Shown piece by piece: positions 1 to 13,207 of a DNA stretch of 64,000 nucleotides. The notes beneath the pieces are model-generated. The model saw nothing but the letters and a program-made list of their open reading frames with translations. It made no database searches and was not told the DNA's origin. Position 1 is the stretch's first letter. The number at the start of each line of letters is the position of its first letter. The stretch is taken from contig CAWGUS010000003.1 of NCBI GenBank assembly GCA_963825755.1, positions 15,416 through 79,415 on the forward strand, written 5' to 3'. The translations under genes and the position numbers were made by a program. This DNA is from an uncultured Actinomycetota bacterium. GTDB lineage: Bacteria; Actinomycetota; Actinomycetes; Propionibacteriales; Nocardioidaceae.

Positions 1-699
1 TCCCAGTCCTGGCGGAGCAGGTAGGCGTTGGCCGCCGGAAGGAACTCCTCGGGCGGCAGCGCGCCCATCAGCCCGCCGAAGGCGCCGGACAGGAGCAGCG
101 CGCGGGTGCCGGCCTGCTCGCCCTTGCCGGAGACGTCGACGACGGCGATCTCCAGCCGGTCACCCGAGAGCGACCGGGAGGCCACCACGAAGTCGCCGGC
201 GAACGCCGTACCCCCGGCCGAGCGGAGCTCGCTGTCGACGTACCACTCGGGGGGAAGGGACGGGATGCGGCCCTGCTTGAGGATGCGGTCGCGCAGGTCG
301 ACGAACATCGACTCGCCCATCAGCCCCGCGACGCCGAGCCGGGAGCGTCGGAACGAGCCGAGCAGGACGATCAGGCCGAGCCCGAAGATCGACGTGACGC
401 CCACGACGACGCGCACGTTGAAGTCGGGCTGGTTGGTCAGCGCGAGACCAGGAAGACAGCACGAACACCACGAACCACGGCAGCTGGCGGGGGCCGAGCA
501 GGATGCTCGAGAGCACCAGCGGCAGGACCAGGGTCAAGCAGCGGCGCGTACTCTGGGAAGCCGATGATCACGCGGTGATCAGCAGGGTGACCACGCACGA
601 GCCAGCCGAGGTGGTGCGGCACCCTCGGCGCGCGTGAACGACTGCCAGCGCCGGCGGCAGCGGCCGCGCGACCCAGCTCGATCCGCCGTCGTCGCTCAT
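1..699 (-). CDS. PP2C/SpoIIE-family protein phosphatase with N-terminal TM segments (runs off left end; frameshifted)
   Basis: Minus frames give SAGGTAFAGDFVV...IAVVDVSGKGEQAG (PP2C motifs); ATG at 699 overlaps the upstream stop (ATGA). Confidence 0.75.
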
Positions 700-1562
700 G
701 TCGTCCCTCGATCCACCTGCGCGGAGCCTACGGCCCGCGAGCGGAACCTGCGCTGACATTGTGGGCACCAGAACAGGTTGCGCCCGACAAGCACTCCGGT
801 GCGCACGGCCGACCCGCACACGAGGCACGGCTGCCCGGTGCGCCGGTAGACGTAGACCTCGCCGCCGTGGTCGTCCCTGCGCGCGGGGCGGCCCATCGCC
901 TCGGGCGTGTGCTCGGGCCGGACGGTGTCGATGCGCCCGGTCCGCACGCCCTCGGTCATCAGCTCGACCAGGTCGTCCCAGATCGCCTGGAACTGGCCGC
1001 CGGCGCAGGGTCCGACCGGGTCGCAGCGGATGCATGCGGTGCCGGAACAGCACCTCCGCGCGGTAGACGTTGCCCACGCCCGGCCAGCACCTCCTGGTCC
1101 ATCAGCAGGTCGCCGATCGGGCGGTGGCTCCTCGCGATCCGTCGCCAGGCGCGCTCAGGGTCGGCGTCGGCGCGTAGCGGGTCGGGACCGAGCGCGACCG
1201 ATGATCTCGTCGCGACTGGCCAGGCCGATCGAGGTCGCACTGGGTGGCGCCGCGGAGGTCGGCGTACGCCGTCGCACCCACGAGCCGGACGCGCACCTGG
1301 CCCACCGGCGGCGGGCAGCTCGTCGACGCCGGTGTGGACGTCGAAGGAGCCGATCAGGCCGAGGTGGACGTGCAGGAACCGCTCGCCCGCGAACTCCACG
1401 AACAGGTGCTTGCCGGCCGAGTCGGCGCCGACGAGCAGGGCGCCGTCGAGCGCGGCGGCGTCGGCCTCGAACCGGCCCTGCGGGCTGCTGACCCGGACGC
1501 GTAGTCCGCGAACGCGCGGTGAGGTCGTCGGCCAGCTTCCTGAGGGTGTGGCCCTCAGGCAT
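696..1562 (-). CDS. nei: Fpg/Nei family DNA glycosylase (frameshifted in this assembly)
   Basis: N-terminal MPEGHT, GKHLF/HLGLIG, LLMDQEVLAG.GNVYRAE (H2TH), C-terminal zinc finger CLVC...WCPQCQ. Confidence 0.9.
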
Positions 1563-2071
1563 CGCGGCCCGGGGCGGCACCGAGCGCCGAGTCGGGGAGC
1601 GGCGGCAGCTCGCCGTCGGTCTCGTACGTCGCGAGCTGGGCGATGCGGCGTACGTGCCGCTCGTCGCCGCTGAAGTCGGTCTCGAGGAAGACCTGCACGA
1701 AGCGGGTCATGTCGTCGACGGAGTGCATGCGGCCGCCGACGCTGACCACGTTGGCGTCGTTGTGCTCGCGGGCCAGCGCTGGCGGTCTCCTCGGACCAGG
1801 CGAGCGCCGCGCGCACGCCCCTCACCTTGTTGGCCGCCATCTGCTCGCCGTTGCCGGAGCCACCGATGACGACGCCGAAGGCGTCGCCGCCGTCGGCCCG
1901 CTCGGCGGCCACGGCCTCGGCGGCGCGGAGGCAGAAGACCGGGTAGTCGTCGACCGCGTCGTAGACGAACGGGCCGTGGTCGACCGGCTCGTAGCCGTGG
2001 TCGAGCAACCAGTTGGTGAGGTGCTCCTTGAGCTCGAGGCCGGCGTGGTCGGAACCCAGGTGGACGCGCAT
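1555..2071 (-). CDS. rpiB: Ribose-5-phosphate isomerase B (one frameshift)
   Basis: MRVHLGSDHAGLELK...DDYP...GGSGNGEQMAANKV...RHVRRI. Confidence 0.92.
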
Positions 2072-2074
2072 GGC

Positions 2075-2858
2075 GACATCTTCCACCAGGTTCGAGGCGG
2101 ACGACCAGACCCTCCTGGGCGACCAGGACCTCGCCGTCGTAGATCTCGGCGACCTCGCGGGCCGTGCGTTCGCGGTCGACGCCCGGCCAGAAGTGGGTGA
2201 GCAGAAGCCGCCTGGCGCCGGCGTCGCGGGCCGCCTGGGCGGCGGTGCGGGCGTTGAGGTGCAGCTGCTCCTTCTTGGGCTCGGCCAGCTGGGTGTAGTC
2301 GGTGCACTCGACGATGAAGAGGTCGGCGTCGCGGCCGAGGTCGGCCAGCAGCGGCGACGGGCCGGTGTCGCCGGTGTAGGCGACGACCAGCTCGTCGGAC
2401 ACGAGCCGCACCCCGGCGTTGGTGATGTAGTGCGGCAGGTCGGCGACTCGAGCCGCCACGGCCCCACGGTGTACGCCGCGGCAGGCAGGGGGTGCCACGC
2501 GAACACCCGGTCCATCCCCCGTCGTCGGGGCCCTCGACCGCTCGGTGGCGAGCAGCTGGTCGCGCACCTGGGTCGGCGCGAAGGTGGGGATCGCAGGCGC
2601 CGTACGCGCACCGAAGTGGCGCGACCGGAAGAACGCGTGCAGGTCGTTCATGTGGTCGGCGTGCGCATGGCTGACGACGACCGCGTCGACGCCGTCACCG
2701 GCGGCCGAGTCGAGGTGGGTCAGCAGCGGCGCGGCGGTGCCGTAGCCGAGGTCGAGCACGACGCGGAAGTCCCGGTGCTCGAGCACGTAGCCGCTGCAGG
2801 CGTGACCGACACCCGGCCAGGCGCCGCTGGAGCCGAGGACGACGAGGCGGCTGTCCAT
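2075..2858 (-). CDS. MBL-fold metallo-hydrolase (RNase Z/AtsA-like); 3' end uncertain
   Basis: LGSSGAWP, SHAHADH (HxHxDH), YTGDTG, LLTHFWP. Confidence 0.85.
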
Positions 2859-2860
2859 GG

Positions 2861-3420
2861 TCAGCGCGACATCAGGGCGTCCATGGCGACGGCGACGGCC
2901 GCCGCGACCCGGAAGTCGACGCGCGGGTCGGGGACGTCGACGGTGTAGCGGTCGCCGAGGCTCATCTGCCGACTGATCGAGACGAGCGGGGCGCCGTCGC
3001 TGCCGACGTAGTCGAAGTGGATCGGCAGGAAGTCGAAGTCGGTGAACCGCCGGATCAGCGCGATCGCCATGTTGCGCTCCTGGCCGGTGCCGGCGTACCC
3101 GGGCCCTTCGAGGTGGAACGTCGAGCGCAGCAGGCTGGCGCCGAAGTCCTTGCGGAAGAAGCCCATCGGCGCCCCCGTCTCGTCGGTGACGTCGTAGCCG
3201 GCGTTGAGATCCATCACCGCACGCGCCTTGAAGCCGAAGACCGGCCGGGTGCGCGTCGAGTCGGTGAAGAAGGTGACCTGCTCCTTGAACGCGAAGCGCT
3301 TCTGCTCGGCGAAGGCCATCAGCTCCCGAAGCCCTTGCCGTCGGGAGCCGGCGCGAAGACCTCGTAGCGGTTCACCATCATCGTGAGCTTCTGCTTCACG
3401 AAGAACTGGGGCAGGTGCAT
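2861..3420 (-). CDS. LURP-one/scramblase-like protein (one frameshift near 5' end)
   Basis: MHLPQFFVKQKLTMMVNRYEV then AFAEQKRFAFKEQVTFF...SLLRSTFHL. Confidence 0.7.
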
Positions 3421-3455
3421 CTGTGCGGTCATGTCCTCACCCTAGGCAGAATGCG

Positions 3456-3821
3456 GTGGTGCAGACCTTCGGCTGGCTCGTCCTCACGCTCGTGTTCGTC
3501 GACGAGGTGCTCGCCGCGGTTGCCGCGGGCATCTGGGGCCGGCATGCCCTGGGCGTGATCGGAGCGGTGCTCGCGCCGGTCCTCGTCGTGGCAGTGTGGT
3601 GGGCGTTCGCCTCCCCGAAGGCGCCGTACGGCGGCCCGGTGGTCCGACCGGTCGTGAAGGTGCTCGTCTTCGGCCTCGCGTCGTGGGGGCTGTGGGTCGC
3701 CGGCCAGCAGGGCTTGGCCCTGGCGCTGCTCGTCTTCTCGGTCGTGGTCAACGGCCTCGCCCAGGTGCCGTCGATCCGCGCGCTCGCCACAGAGACGGCG
3801 AACCCGAAGCCGGCAGGGTAG
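3456..3821 (+). CDS. YrdB/DUF2568-like small membrane protein
   Basis: Four hydrophobic segments with VWWAFASPKA motif. Confidence 0.7.
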   Translation: MVQTFGWLVLTLVFVDEVLAAVAAGIWGRHALGVIGAVLAPVLVVAVWWAFASPKAPYGGPVVRPVVKVLVFGLASWGLWVAGQQGLALALLVFSVVVNGLAQVPSIRALATETANPKPAG

Positions 3822-3897
3822 GCCCGGACGAGCTTCCTACACGTGTAGGTAGATCCGGCGTCCCCTCGGCGACCGGCCGGACGAGGTCGTCGTCCCC

Positions 3898-4656
3898 TCA
3901 GGCTCCTGGTCGCCTCCCGAAGCGGGCCAACAGGTGCCACACCTTCTTGAGCGACTGCGCGTGGTGCCGTCCGGATCGCGCGGCAGCACCCACCACGTCC
4001 GGGGTCAGCACGTCATCGAGGGACGCGGCCAGGGCGACGTACTCGGGACCGCGGTAGGCCTCGTCGAGCCCGGCGGTCGGCACCGACCAGCCCGGGTGCC
4101 ACTCCACGGCGCAGCCCATCCGGTCAGCGGCCGCGGAGACGGGTGTGTCGCGGAAGCAGGGGTCGAGGACCAGCGCCTCCACGTCCCGGTCGAGCCGGAG
4201 TCCGCCGTGGACGTGGGCCTCGACGTAGTCGTCCAGTGCGTCGTGCCCGGCCGAGTCGCGCAGGGCGACCAGCTCGCCGATCAGGGCCGGGCCACCGACA
4301 GCATCGGGCTCGAGGACCGAGTCGGGGAAGCAGAACGTCGAGCGCTCGGTGACCTCGGCTCGAAGGCGGAGATGGGCCGACCCGAAGCGCGGGCTGGCGC
4401 CGTAGGCATCACGGCGGTCGTCCAGGGCGCCGTACACCGGTCGGGCGATCGGGTCCGCCGCGTCGTAGCGGCCGCCGAACAGTCGGCTCTCCCACCGCCA
4501 CCGGTCGCCGCCGGCGTGCGCGGTCAGCCCGCCGTTGGACGTGCCGGTGACGAACTGCGAGACGTAGACACCGTCGTCGGCGAGCGCTTCGAGGACCATG
4601 CGGTCGCGGAACGGCCAGTCGGGGTGCAGCTGGATGGTGATCCGGGGCCCGTCCAC
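3898..4656 (-). CDS. DUF3626 domain protein
   Basis: ITIQLHPD, SQFVTGTSNGGL, GGDRWRWESRLFGG, RPVYGAL, YVEAHVHG. Confidence 0.8.
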   Translation of the reverse strand: MDGPRITIQLHPDWPFRDRMVLEALADDGVYVSQFVTGTSNGGLTAHAGGDRWRWESRLFGGRYDAADPIARPVYGALDDRRDAYGASPRFGSAHLRLRAEVTERSTFCFPDSVLEPDAVGGPALIGELVALRDSAGHDALDDYVEAHVHGGLRLDRDVEALVLDPCFRDTPVSAAADRMGCAVEWHPGWSVPTAGLDEAYRGPEYVALAASLDDVLTPDVVGAAARSGRHHAQSLKKVWHLLARFGRRPGA

Positions 4657-4660
4657 GCGC

Positions 4661-6454
4661 TCACTCCCCGAGCCGGGCGAGCTCCTCGTCGACGACCGCC
4701 GGGTCCAGCTTGGTGAAGACCGGCGCCGGCTTGTCGACGGGAGTGCCCGCGACGAGGGGAGTACGCCGCCACGCCCGCGCCGCGGCGTAGTCACCCGTGA
4801 TGATCGGGTAGCCGGCACCGCCGTCGAGGTCGTCGGCCTCCTCGATGCGGGGCATCGGCTGGACGTCGCCGGCGCCGCCGAGCACCCGGTCGACGGCGTT
4901 GGCCGAGAACGGGAGGAAGGGCGAGAGCACGGTGTTGAGGTCGTGCACGCACTGCGCGGTCACGGCGAGGATCGTGCCGAGGCGCTCGCGCTCGGCGGGC
5001 TCCTTGAGCTTCCACGGCTCGGAGTCGGAGACGTACTTGTTGACCTCGCCGACCGCGCGCATCGCCTCGGCCATCGCCTGGCGCATCCGGTTGCGGCCGA
5101 TCAGGTCGCCGACGGTGCCGAACGCGGCCTCCGCGGCGGCGAGCACCGCCTCGTCGTCGGCGGTGAGAGCGCCGGTTGCCGGTATCTCGCCGAAGTTCTT
5201 GTTGATCAGGGTGGCGGTGCGGTTGACGAGGTTGCCCCAGCCGGCGACGAGCTCGGAGTTGGTGCGCTGCACGAACTCCGCCCACGTGAAGTCGGCGTCC
5301 TGGCTCTCCGGACCGGCTGCGGCGACGAAGTAGCGGAACGCGTCGGCCTGGTAGCGGTCGAGCAGGTCGCGGACGTAGATGACGACCTTCTTCGACGACG
5401 AGAACTTCTTGCCCTCCATCGTCAGGAACTCCGAGCTCACCACCTCGCTCGGGAGGTTGAGGGTGCCGAGCTCGTGGGCCGCTCCGCCCCGGCTGCCCTG
5501 GCCGTTGTAGGCGAGCAGCTCGGCCGGCCAGATCTGGCTGTGGAAGGTGATGTTGTCCTTGCCCATGAAGTAGTAGGACAGCGCCTCGGGGTCGTTCCAC
5601 CAGTCGCGCCACGCCTCGGGGTTGCCGCTGCGGCGGGCCCACTCGATCGACGCGGACAGGTAGCCGATGACCGCGTCGAACCAGACGTAGAGCTTCTTCG
5701 TCGGGTTGTCTCGCCACTCGTCGAGGGGCACAGCGATGCCCCAGTCGATGTCGCGGGTCATCGCGCGCGGCCGGATCTCCTTGAGGATGTTCTGGCTGAA
5801 CTTGATGACGTTGGGGCGCCACGTGCCCGTGGACTCGCGCTCGTCGAGCCACTCCCCCAGCGCCTCGGCCAGCGCCGGCAGGTCGAGGAAGAAGTGCTGC
5901 GTCTCGACGAACTCCGGCGTCTCGCCGTTGATGCGCGACACCGGGTTCTTGAGGTCCTGCGGGTCGAGCTGGTTGCCGCAGTTGTCGCACTGGTCGCCGC
6001 GCGCGCCGTCGTACCCACAGATGGGGCAGGTGCCCTCGATGTAGCGGTCGGGCAGGGTGCGGCCCGTCGACGGCGACACCGCGCCGTACGTCGTCTGCTC
6101 GAGGAAGTAGCCGTTGTCGTGGACGCCGGTGAACATCGCCTGCACCACGGCGTGGTGGTTGCGCGTCGTCGTGCGCGTGTAGAGGTCGTAGCTGCACCCG
6201 AGCGCGACGAGGTCCTCGGCGATCAGCCGGTGGTTGCGGTCGGCGAGCTCCTGCGGCGGGATCCCGGCCTCGTCGGCGGCGATCAGGATCGGCGTGCCGT
6301 GCTCGTCGGTGCCGGAGACCATGAGCACGTCGTGGCCGGCCATCCGCATGTAGCGGCTGAAGACGTCGGAGGGCACGCCGAAACCGGCGACGTGGCCGAT
6401 GTGGCGCGGGCCGTTGGCGTACGGCCACGCGACGGCTGACAAGACCTTGCTCAT
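4661..6454 (-). CDS. metG: Methionine--tRNA ligase
   Basis: [13 protein letters not shown] (HIGH), zinc knuckle, KFSSS (KMSKS-like); intact 597 aa. Confidence 0.98.
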   Translation of the reverse strand: MSKVLSAVAWPYANGPRHIGHVAGFGVPSDVFSRYMRMAGHDVLMVSGTDEHGTPILIAADEAGIPPQELADRNHRLIAEDLVALGCSYDLYTRTTTRNHHAVVQAMFTGVHDNGYFLEQTTYGAVSPSTGRTLPDRYIEGTCPICGYDGARGDQCDNCGNQLDPQDLKNPVSRINGETPEFVETQHFFLDLPALAEALGEWLDERESTGTWRPNVIKFSQNILKEIRPRAMTRDIDWGIAVPLDEWRDNPTKKLYVWFDAVIGYLSASIEWARRSGNPEAWRDWWNDPEALSYYFMGKDNITFHSQIWPAELLAYNGQGSRGGAAHELGTLNLPSEVVSSEFLTMEGKKFSSSKKVVIYVRDLLDRYQADAFRYFVAAAGPESQDADFTWAEFVQRTNSELVAGWGNLVNRTATLINKNFGEIPATGALTADDEAVLAAAEAAFGTVGDLIGRNRMRQAMAEAMRAVGEVNKYVSDSEPWKLKEPAERERLGTILAVTAQCVHDLNTVLSPFLPFSANAVDRVLGGAGDVQPMPRIEEADDLDGGAGYPIITGDYAAARAWRRTPLVAGTPVDKPAPVFTKLDPAVVDEELARLGE

Positions 6455-6506
6455 GCGGGCGATCCTAGGCGGGTCTGGTCACCCGCCATCTGCCTAGGGT
6501 GGTGCC

Positions 6507-7199
6507 ATGAGCACTCTCATCGCCGAGGACCTGTTGCTGCTCCTGCTCGATGATGACAAGGGCACCGTCACCGCGACGTCCTACGTCCACACGATCCTGG
6601 GCGGTGGCGTGCTCATCGAGCTGGCCGTCAGCGGGGCCGTCGAGGTGGGCGAGAAGGAGGGCTTCTGGAAGACCGCGAAGGTGCGTGCGCGGCTCGACGC
6701 GAGCCCGGTCGACCCGGTGCTGGTGGCCGCGCTTGCCGTGATCGCCGAGAAGGAGCGCGGCGCCCAGGACCTCGTCAACCGTCTCGGCAAGGACCTGAAG
6801 GAGACGCTGACCGCTCGCCTCGAGGAACGAGGCATCCTCGAGCGACGCGAGGGCAAGGTCCTCGGCCTGTTCCCGCGCACCACCTGGCCGAGCGTCGACT
6901 CGACGCACGAGCTGGCCGTACGCCGCGCGATCGAGGCCTCTCTGCTGCAGGGCGTGACGCCCGACGAGCGCACCGGCGCGCTGATCGCACTCCTGCACGC
7001 CATCGGGCAGGCCCACAAGGTCATCGACCGTCAGGGCCTGCCGGCGCGGGAGGTGCGGGCGCGTGCCAAGGAGATCTCCGAGGGCGCCTGGGCCGCCAAG
7101 GCGGTCAAGGACGCGATCGCCGCGTCCGTCGCGGCCACCACCGCCGCCGTGACCGCCGCAACTTCAGCGGCGGCCACCAGCGGCAGCCGAGTCAGCTGA
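6507..7199 (+). CDS. GPP34/GOLPH3-family protein
   Basis: LIAEDLLLLLLDD...GGVLIELA...GILERREGKVLGLFP. Confidence 0.85.
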   Translation: MSTLIAEDLLLLLLDDDKGTVTATSYVHTILGGGVLIELAVSGAVEVGEKEGFWKTAKVRARLDASPVDPVLVAALAVIAEKERGAQDLVNRLGKDLKETLTARLEERGILERREGKVLGLFPRTTWPSVDSTHELAVRRAIEASLLQGVTPDERTGALIALLHAIGQAHKVIDRQGLPAREVRARAKEISEGAWAAKAVKDAIAASVAATTAAVTAATSAAATSGSRVS

Positions 7200-7791
7200 A
7201 GGCGAGCTCTCCGGTGCGCGAGCGCTTGAGCTCGTAGAAGTACGGCACCTTCGCGACGGCCACGCAGCCGTCCCACAGCAGGCCGGCCTCCTCGCCGCGC
7301 GGGATCTTGCTGAGCACGGGGCCGAAGAAGGCCGCGCCCTCGATGGCGATCGTCGGCGTGCCCACGTCGTCGCCGACCTGGTCCATGCCCTCGTGGTGCG
7401 ACTTCACCACCGCCTCGTCGTACGACGCGTCGTCCATCGCGTCGACCAGCTCGGGCTCGAGGCCGGCGTCGGCCAAGGAGGCCGAGATCATCGCGCGGTC
7501 GAGCGACTCGCCGCCCTTGTGGATGCGCTCGCCCATCGCGGTGTAGAGCGGGAGCAGAACGTCACGCCCGTGCTTCTGCTCCGCCGCGATCAGCACCCGC
7601 ACCGGCCCCCAGGCCGGCTTCAGCATCTCGCGGTAGTCGTCGGGGATGTCCTTGTCCTGGTTGAGGTAGGCGAGACTCATCACGTGCCACTCCACGGAGA
7701 TGTCGCGCACCTCCTCGACCTCGAGGATCCAGCGCGAGGAGATCCACGCGAACGGGCACAGCGGGTCGAACCAGAAGTCGGCAGTCGTCAT
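7192..7791 (-). CDS. DsbA-like mycothiol-dependent reductase (Rv2466c family)
   Basis: FWFDPLCPFAW, VGTPTI, AFFGPV, ELKRSR. Confidence 0.88.
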   Translation of the reverse strand: MTTADFWFDPLCPFAWISSRWILEVEEVRDISVEWHVMSLAYLNQDKDIPDDYREMLKPAWGPVRVLIAAEQKHGRDVLLPLYTAMGERIHKGGESLDRAMISASLADAGLEPELVDAMDDASYDEAVVKSHHEGMDQVGDDVGTPTIAIEGAAFFGPVLSKIPRGEEAGLLWDGCVAVAKVPYFYELKRSRTGELAFS

Positions 7792-7835
7792 GTCGGGGGA
7801 ACCACCGGCCCCGGAGCGCTATTCCTCGGCGCAGC

Positions 7836-7960
7836 CTCGTTGGTTGAGGAAGGCGCGCTCGCGCCTGTCTGAAACCAGCGGACGCCCACTCATCGCCTTG
7901 CACACCTCACCCGGTTTCGACGCGCTCGTGCGACCTCGTCCCTCGGTCGCGTCGCTTGAT
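7836..7960. repeat. Pair of REP-like palindromic intergenic elements
   Basis: GGTTGAGGAAGGCGCGCTCGCGCCTGTCTGAAACC, followed by an oppositely oriented GGTTTCGA...hairpin; related to copies at ~12270-12313 and ~30087-30124. Confidence 0.6.
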
Positions 7961-8018
7961 CTGCCTGGCCGCGCCCACGCGCCGTGCTCGTGCCTCGCAC
8001 GGCACTGCGCGTCTCACC

Positions 8019-9476
8019 TCACCGGCGGACGGTCACCTTGCCGCCCTTCGTGCCGGCGCCGACCTTGGCGTTACCGCGGTAGGTCACGACGTACTTCTTC
8101 TTCCCGGGCTTCAGCTTCGTCAGCCGCACGGTGGCGCGGCCCTTGCGCAGCTTGACCACCTTGTCGCGCTTGCCGACCGCGACCTCGACCTTGCCGGTGG
8201 CCCTCCTGCCGCCGGCGGTGACGCGCAGCACGAACCGGGCGGCGTGGTCGAGTCCGACGTCGCGCACCGTGATGCGGGGCGCGAGGCGCACGACACCGGC
8301 AGGCAGCTGGCGGATCGTGTCGGCGTAGCCGTCGCGGGCGACGGTCACCACCACCGACAGCGCGTGGCCCAGGTCGGACCGGAAGGGGGTGTACGACGCC
8401 CCCACGGCGCCGGGGATCGGCACACCGTCGAGGTGCCATGCGTAGCGTTGGAAGGCGTCGGCCGGCCGATAGCTGCCGAAGACCACGCCCACAGGCTTGT
8501 CGAGCACCGGATCCCGGCTGAGCGCGGGCTCGCGGAGGATTGCGATGCCACCGGCTGCCACCGGCGACGACGGCTGGCTCGTGACGACCGAGGGCTGGTA
8601 GCCGGCCAGCTCGGCCGTGGTGGTGAGCGTGATGCGCTTCCCGAGATCGCTCGCTCCGATGGCGTACGACGGCGTGGTGGCACCGCTGACCGGCACCCCG
8701 TCGGTCGCCCACTGGTAGCTCACCCCGGAGGGTCGGGGGGTCCACCCGGGCGAGGTGGCGCTCACCGTCGCGCCGACGGCGAAGCTGCCGGTGACCGTGG
8801 GCACCCCCGAAGGGACCATGGTGCCCGGCGCGATCGGGACCTCGGCCGTGGTCCGGTCACTCGGCGTCCGGCCGGCCAGCCGGCCCGTGACGCGCACGGA
8901 GAGGGCGGCCCCCACCTGCCCCGGTGTCGGGGTGTACGTCGACGAGGTCGCGCCAGGGATCGCCGCTCCGCCGGCCAGCCACTGATACGTGTACGACGTC
9001 ACGGCCGGGCACCAGACTCCGGGGTCGACCGCCACGGCCCGGCCCACGGCGACGGTGCCGGAGAGCCGGGGTGGCGAGACGTTCCACGCGGCGCTGGTCG
9101 TGTAGGCCGCGGTGCGCTCGGAGGCGACGTTGGTCGAGGTGTAGCCGGCCCGTGCCGCCGTGACCCGCACCGCGACCACCTTGCCGACGTGGGCCGACGT
9201 CATCGCGAAGTTCCTGCTCGTGGCTCCCGACACGGCGGTGCCACCGACGTACCACTGGTAGTCGTAGCTCGTCGGCGCCGGCGTCCAGGAGCCGCGGTGG
9301 GCGGTCAGCGTGCACGAGCTCCCCGACGCGGTGGCACTGATGGACGGCCGCACCGTGTTGACGAGCGCGGCCGCGTGCGCGGCCACGGTCGACAGCAGCG
9401 AACCCAGGATGGCCGCGGCGAGGACGACGGCGGTGACGCCCCGTCGGTGCGTGCTGCGACGGCTCATGACGGTCAC
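8019..9476 (-). CDS. Secreted protein with ~4 Ig-like repeats and a C-terminal Big-like domain
   Basis: Signal peptide ending AHA-A; repeated YQW...GA.I.GAT..TY...VG..L.V.VT units. Confidence 0.8.
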   Translation of the reverse strand: MTVMSRRSTHRRGVTAVVLAAAILGSLLSTVAAHAAALVNTVRPSISATASGSSCTLTAHRGSWTPAPTSYDYQWYVGGTAVSGATSRNFAMTSAHVGKVVAVRVTAARAGYTSTNVASERTAAYTTSAAWNVSPPRLSGTVAVGRAVAVDPGVWCPAVTSYTYQWLAGGAAIPGATSSTYTPTPGQVGAALSVRVTGRLAGRTPSDRTTAEVPIAPGTMVPSGVPTVTGSFAVGATVSATSPGWTPRPSGVSYQWATDGVPVSGATTPSYAIGASDLGKRITLTTTAELAGYQPSVVTSQPSSPVAAGGIAILREPALSRDPVLDKPVGVVFGSYRPADAFQRYAWHLDGVPIPGAVGASYTPFRSDLGHALSVVVTVARDGYADTIRQLPAGVVRLAPRITVRDVGLDHAARFVLRVTAGGRRATGKVEVAVGKRDKVVKLRKGRATVRLTKLKPGKKKYVVTYRGNAKVGAGTKGGKVTVRR

Positions 9477-9534
9477 GATAGGTCACCATCAACCGGTTTC
9501 GCCGAGCTCCGGCACAGGTGAGAGGATGCGCGGC

Positions 9535-12090
<2,556 letters not shown>

Positions 12091-12094
12091 CGCC

Positions 12095-12381
12095 GTCCTC
12101 GGTGGTCGAGTGCCTCGCCGCAGTCCTCGGTGGTCGAGTGCCTCGCCGCAGTCCTCGGTGGTCGAGTGCCTCGCCGCAGTCCTCGGTGGTCGAGTGCCTC
12201 GCCGCAGTCCTCGGTGGTCGAGTGCCTCGCGGCAGTCCTCGGTGGTCGAGTGCCTCGCGGCAGTCCTCGGTGGTCGAGTGCCTCGCGAGGGACGAGCGAG
12301 GTGTATCGAGACCCGAGGTGTATCGAGACCCGAGGTGTATCGAGACCCGAGGTGCATCGACACCCGAGCCGTTTCGACACC
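12095..12381. repeat. Compound tandem array: ~7 x 28-bp unit followed by ~5 x 17-bp unit, derived from the two arms of a REP-like element
   Basis: GTCCTCGGTGGTCGAGTGCCTCGC(C/G)GCA at 12095,12123,...12263; CGAGGTGTATCGAGACC at 12297,12314,12331 with degenerate copies at 12348 and 12365. Confidence 0.95.
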
Positions 12382-12764
12382 TACCCCTCGGCGTGCAGGG
12401 TCTGCTGGGGTACGGCGTGCTCGGCGAGCATCGCGATGCCGCGCTTGAGCCCACCGACCTCGTCGCCCTCGGCGAACGCCGACTGCATCGCCAGCACCGC
12501 CAGCTCGACCTCGCGGTCGGGCAGGTGACGGCGCACGTCGGCGCCGGTGACGACCTCGAGGGCACGCACCGTGGGGTCGACGAGGATCAGCACACTGTGT
12601 GACGGCGCCACGAGGGCCGCATGGAGCGAGCGGGCGTGCTCGGCGGGGTTGCCCCGCGCGATGCCACGAAAGACGGAGAACTCGAACCGACAGGTCTGCT
12701 CCGCGGCGCGGATCGCCTTGTCGATCTCGGCCCGCTGACGCGAGGTCAGCTCACCAGCTGCCAC
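12381..12764 (-). CDS. DUF5130 (TPM-like) protein
   Basis: LILVDPTVRALEVVTGADVRR...AMQSAFAEGD..GGL. Confidence 0.8.
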   Translation of the reverse strand: MAAGELTSRQRAEIDKAIRAAEQTCRFEFSVFRGIARGNPAEHARSLHAALVAPSHSVLILVDPTVRALEVVTGADVRRHLPDREVELAVLAMQSAFAEGDEVGGLKRGIAMLAEHAVPQQTLHAEG

Positions 12765-13119
12765 TGGCCCCACCCGTTTCCCTGTCGCGGTCGTCGCCCC
12801 GACCGCTCGTCAGCTCGCCGGCGCCCGCGCGCGGACCACCGAACCACTCGTCGTCGATCGGGGCCGCTCCGGGGGCCAGCCGCTCGCCGCGGGCCAGCGC
12901 CGGCACGTAGACCGCCAGCGCGATCAGCAGGAACAGCAGCAGCGGCACGCCGCCGAGCAGCAGCAGCGCATGCAGCACCGAGACCTCGTCGGGGTCGTTC
13001 CAGTACTCGGGCACGTCGGCGAAGGCCGGCTGCGCGGTGAGCACCATCGCGGCGACTCCGCTGACGAGGACTCCGGCGCGGCGGGCGGTGCGGCGGATGG
13101 ACGAGATGTGCGTGGTCAC
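12751..13119 (-). CDS. Hypothetical membrane protein
   Basis: Signal-like N-terminus (AQPAFADVP), TM helix, WFGGP...TGGASGSW C-terminus; overlaps DUF5130 start. Confidence 0.7.
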   Translation of the reverse strand: MTTHISSIRRTARRAGVLVSGVAAMVLTAQPAFADVPEYWNDPDEVSVLHALLLLGGVPLLLFLLIALAVYVPALARGERLAPGAAPIDDEWFGGPRAGAGELTSGRGDDRDRETGGASGSW

Positions 13120-13207
13120 GACCGCAGGATATCGGCTTCGCGCCCGGGCGCCCGCACCCGACCGGGTCAACTCGGTCACCAACCGGCCGGTCGCCATACT
13201 GGGCGCC

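Noticed and set aside
959-2611. 550-aa ORF fusing RpiB and Nei segments
   Set aside because: Chance frame continuity created by indels; each gene has its own recognisable start.
4598-6439. Long antisense and alternate-frame ORFs (also 8857-11151, 18912-20969, 24101-25864, 51171-53069)
   Set aside because: Shadow ORFs expected from stop-codon scarcity in high-GC DNA, opposite or overlapping well-supported genes.
12095-12381. CRISPR array (28-bp repeats)
   Set aside because: Units are head-to-tail with no unique spacers, and there are no cas genes in the window; this is a REP-derived tandem repeat.
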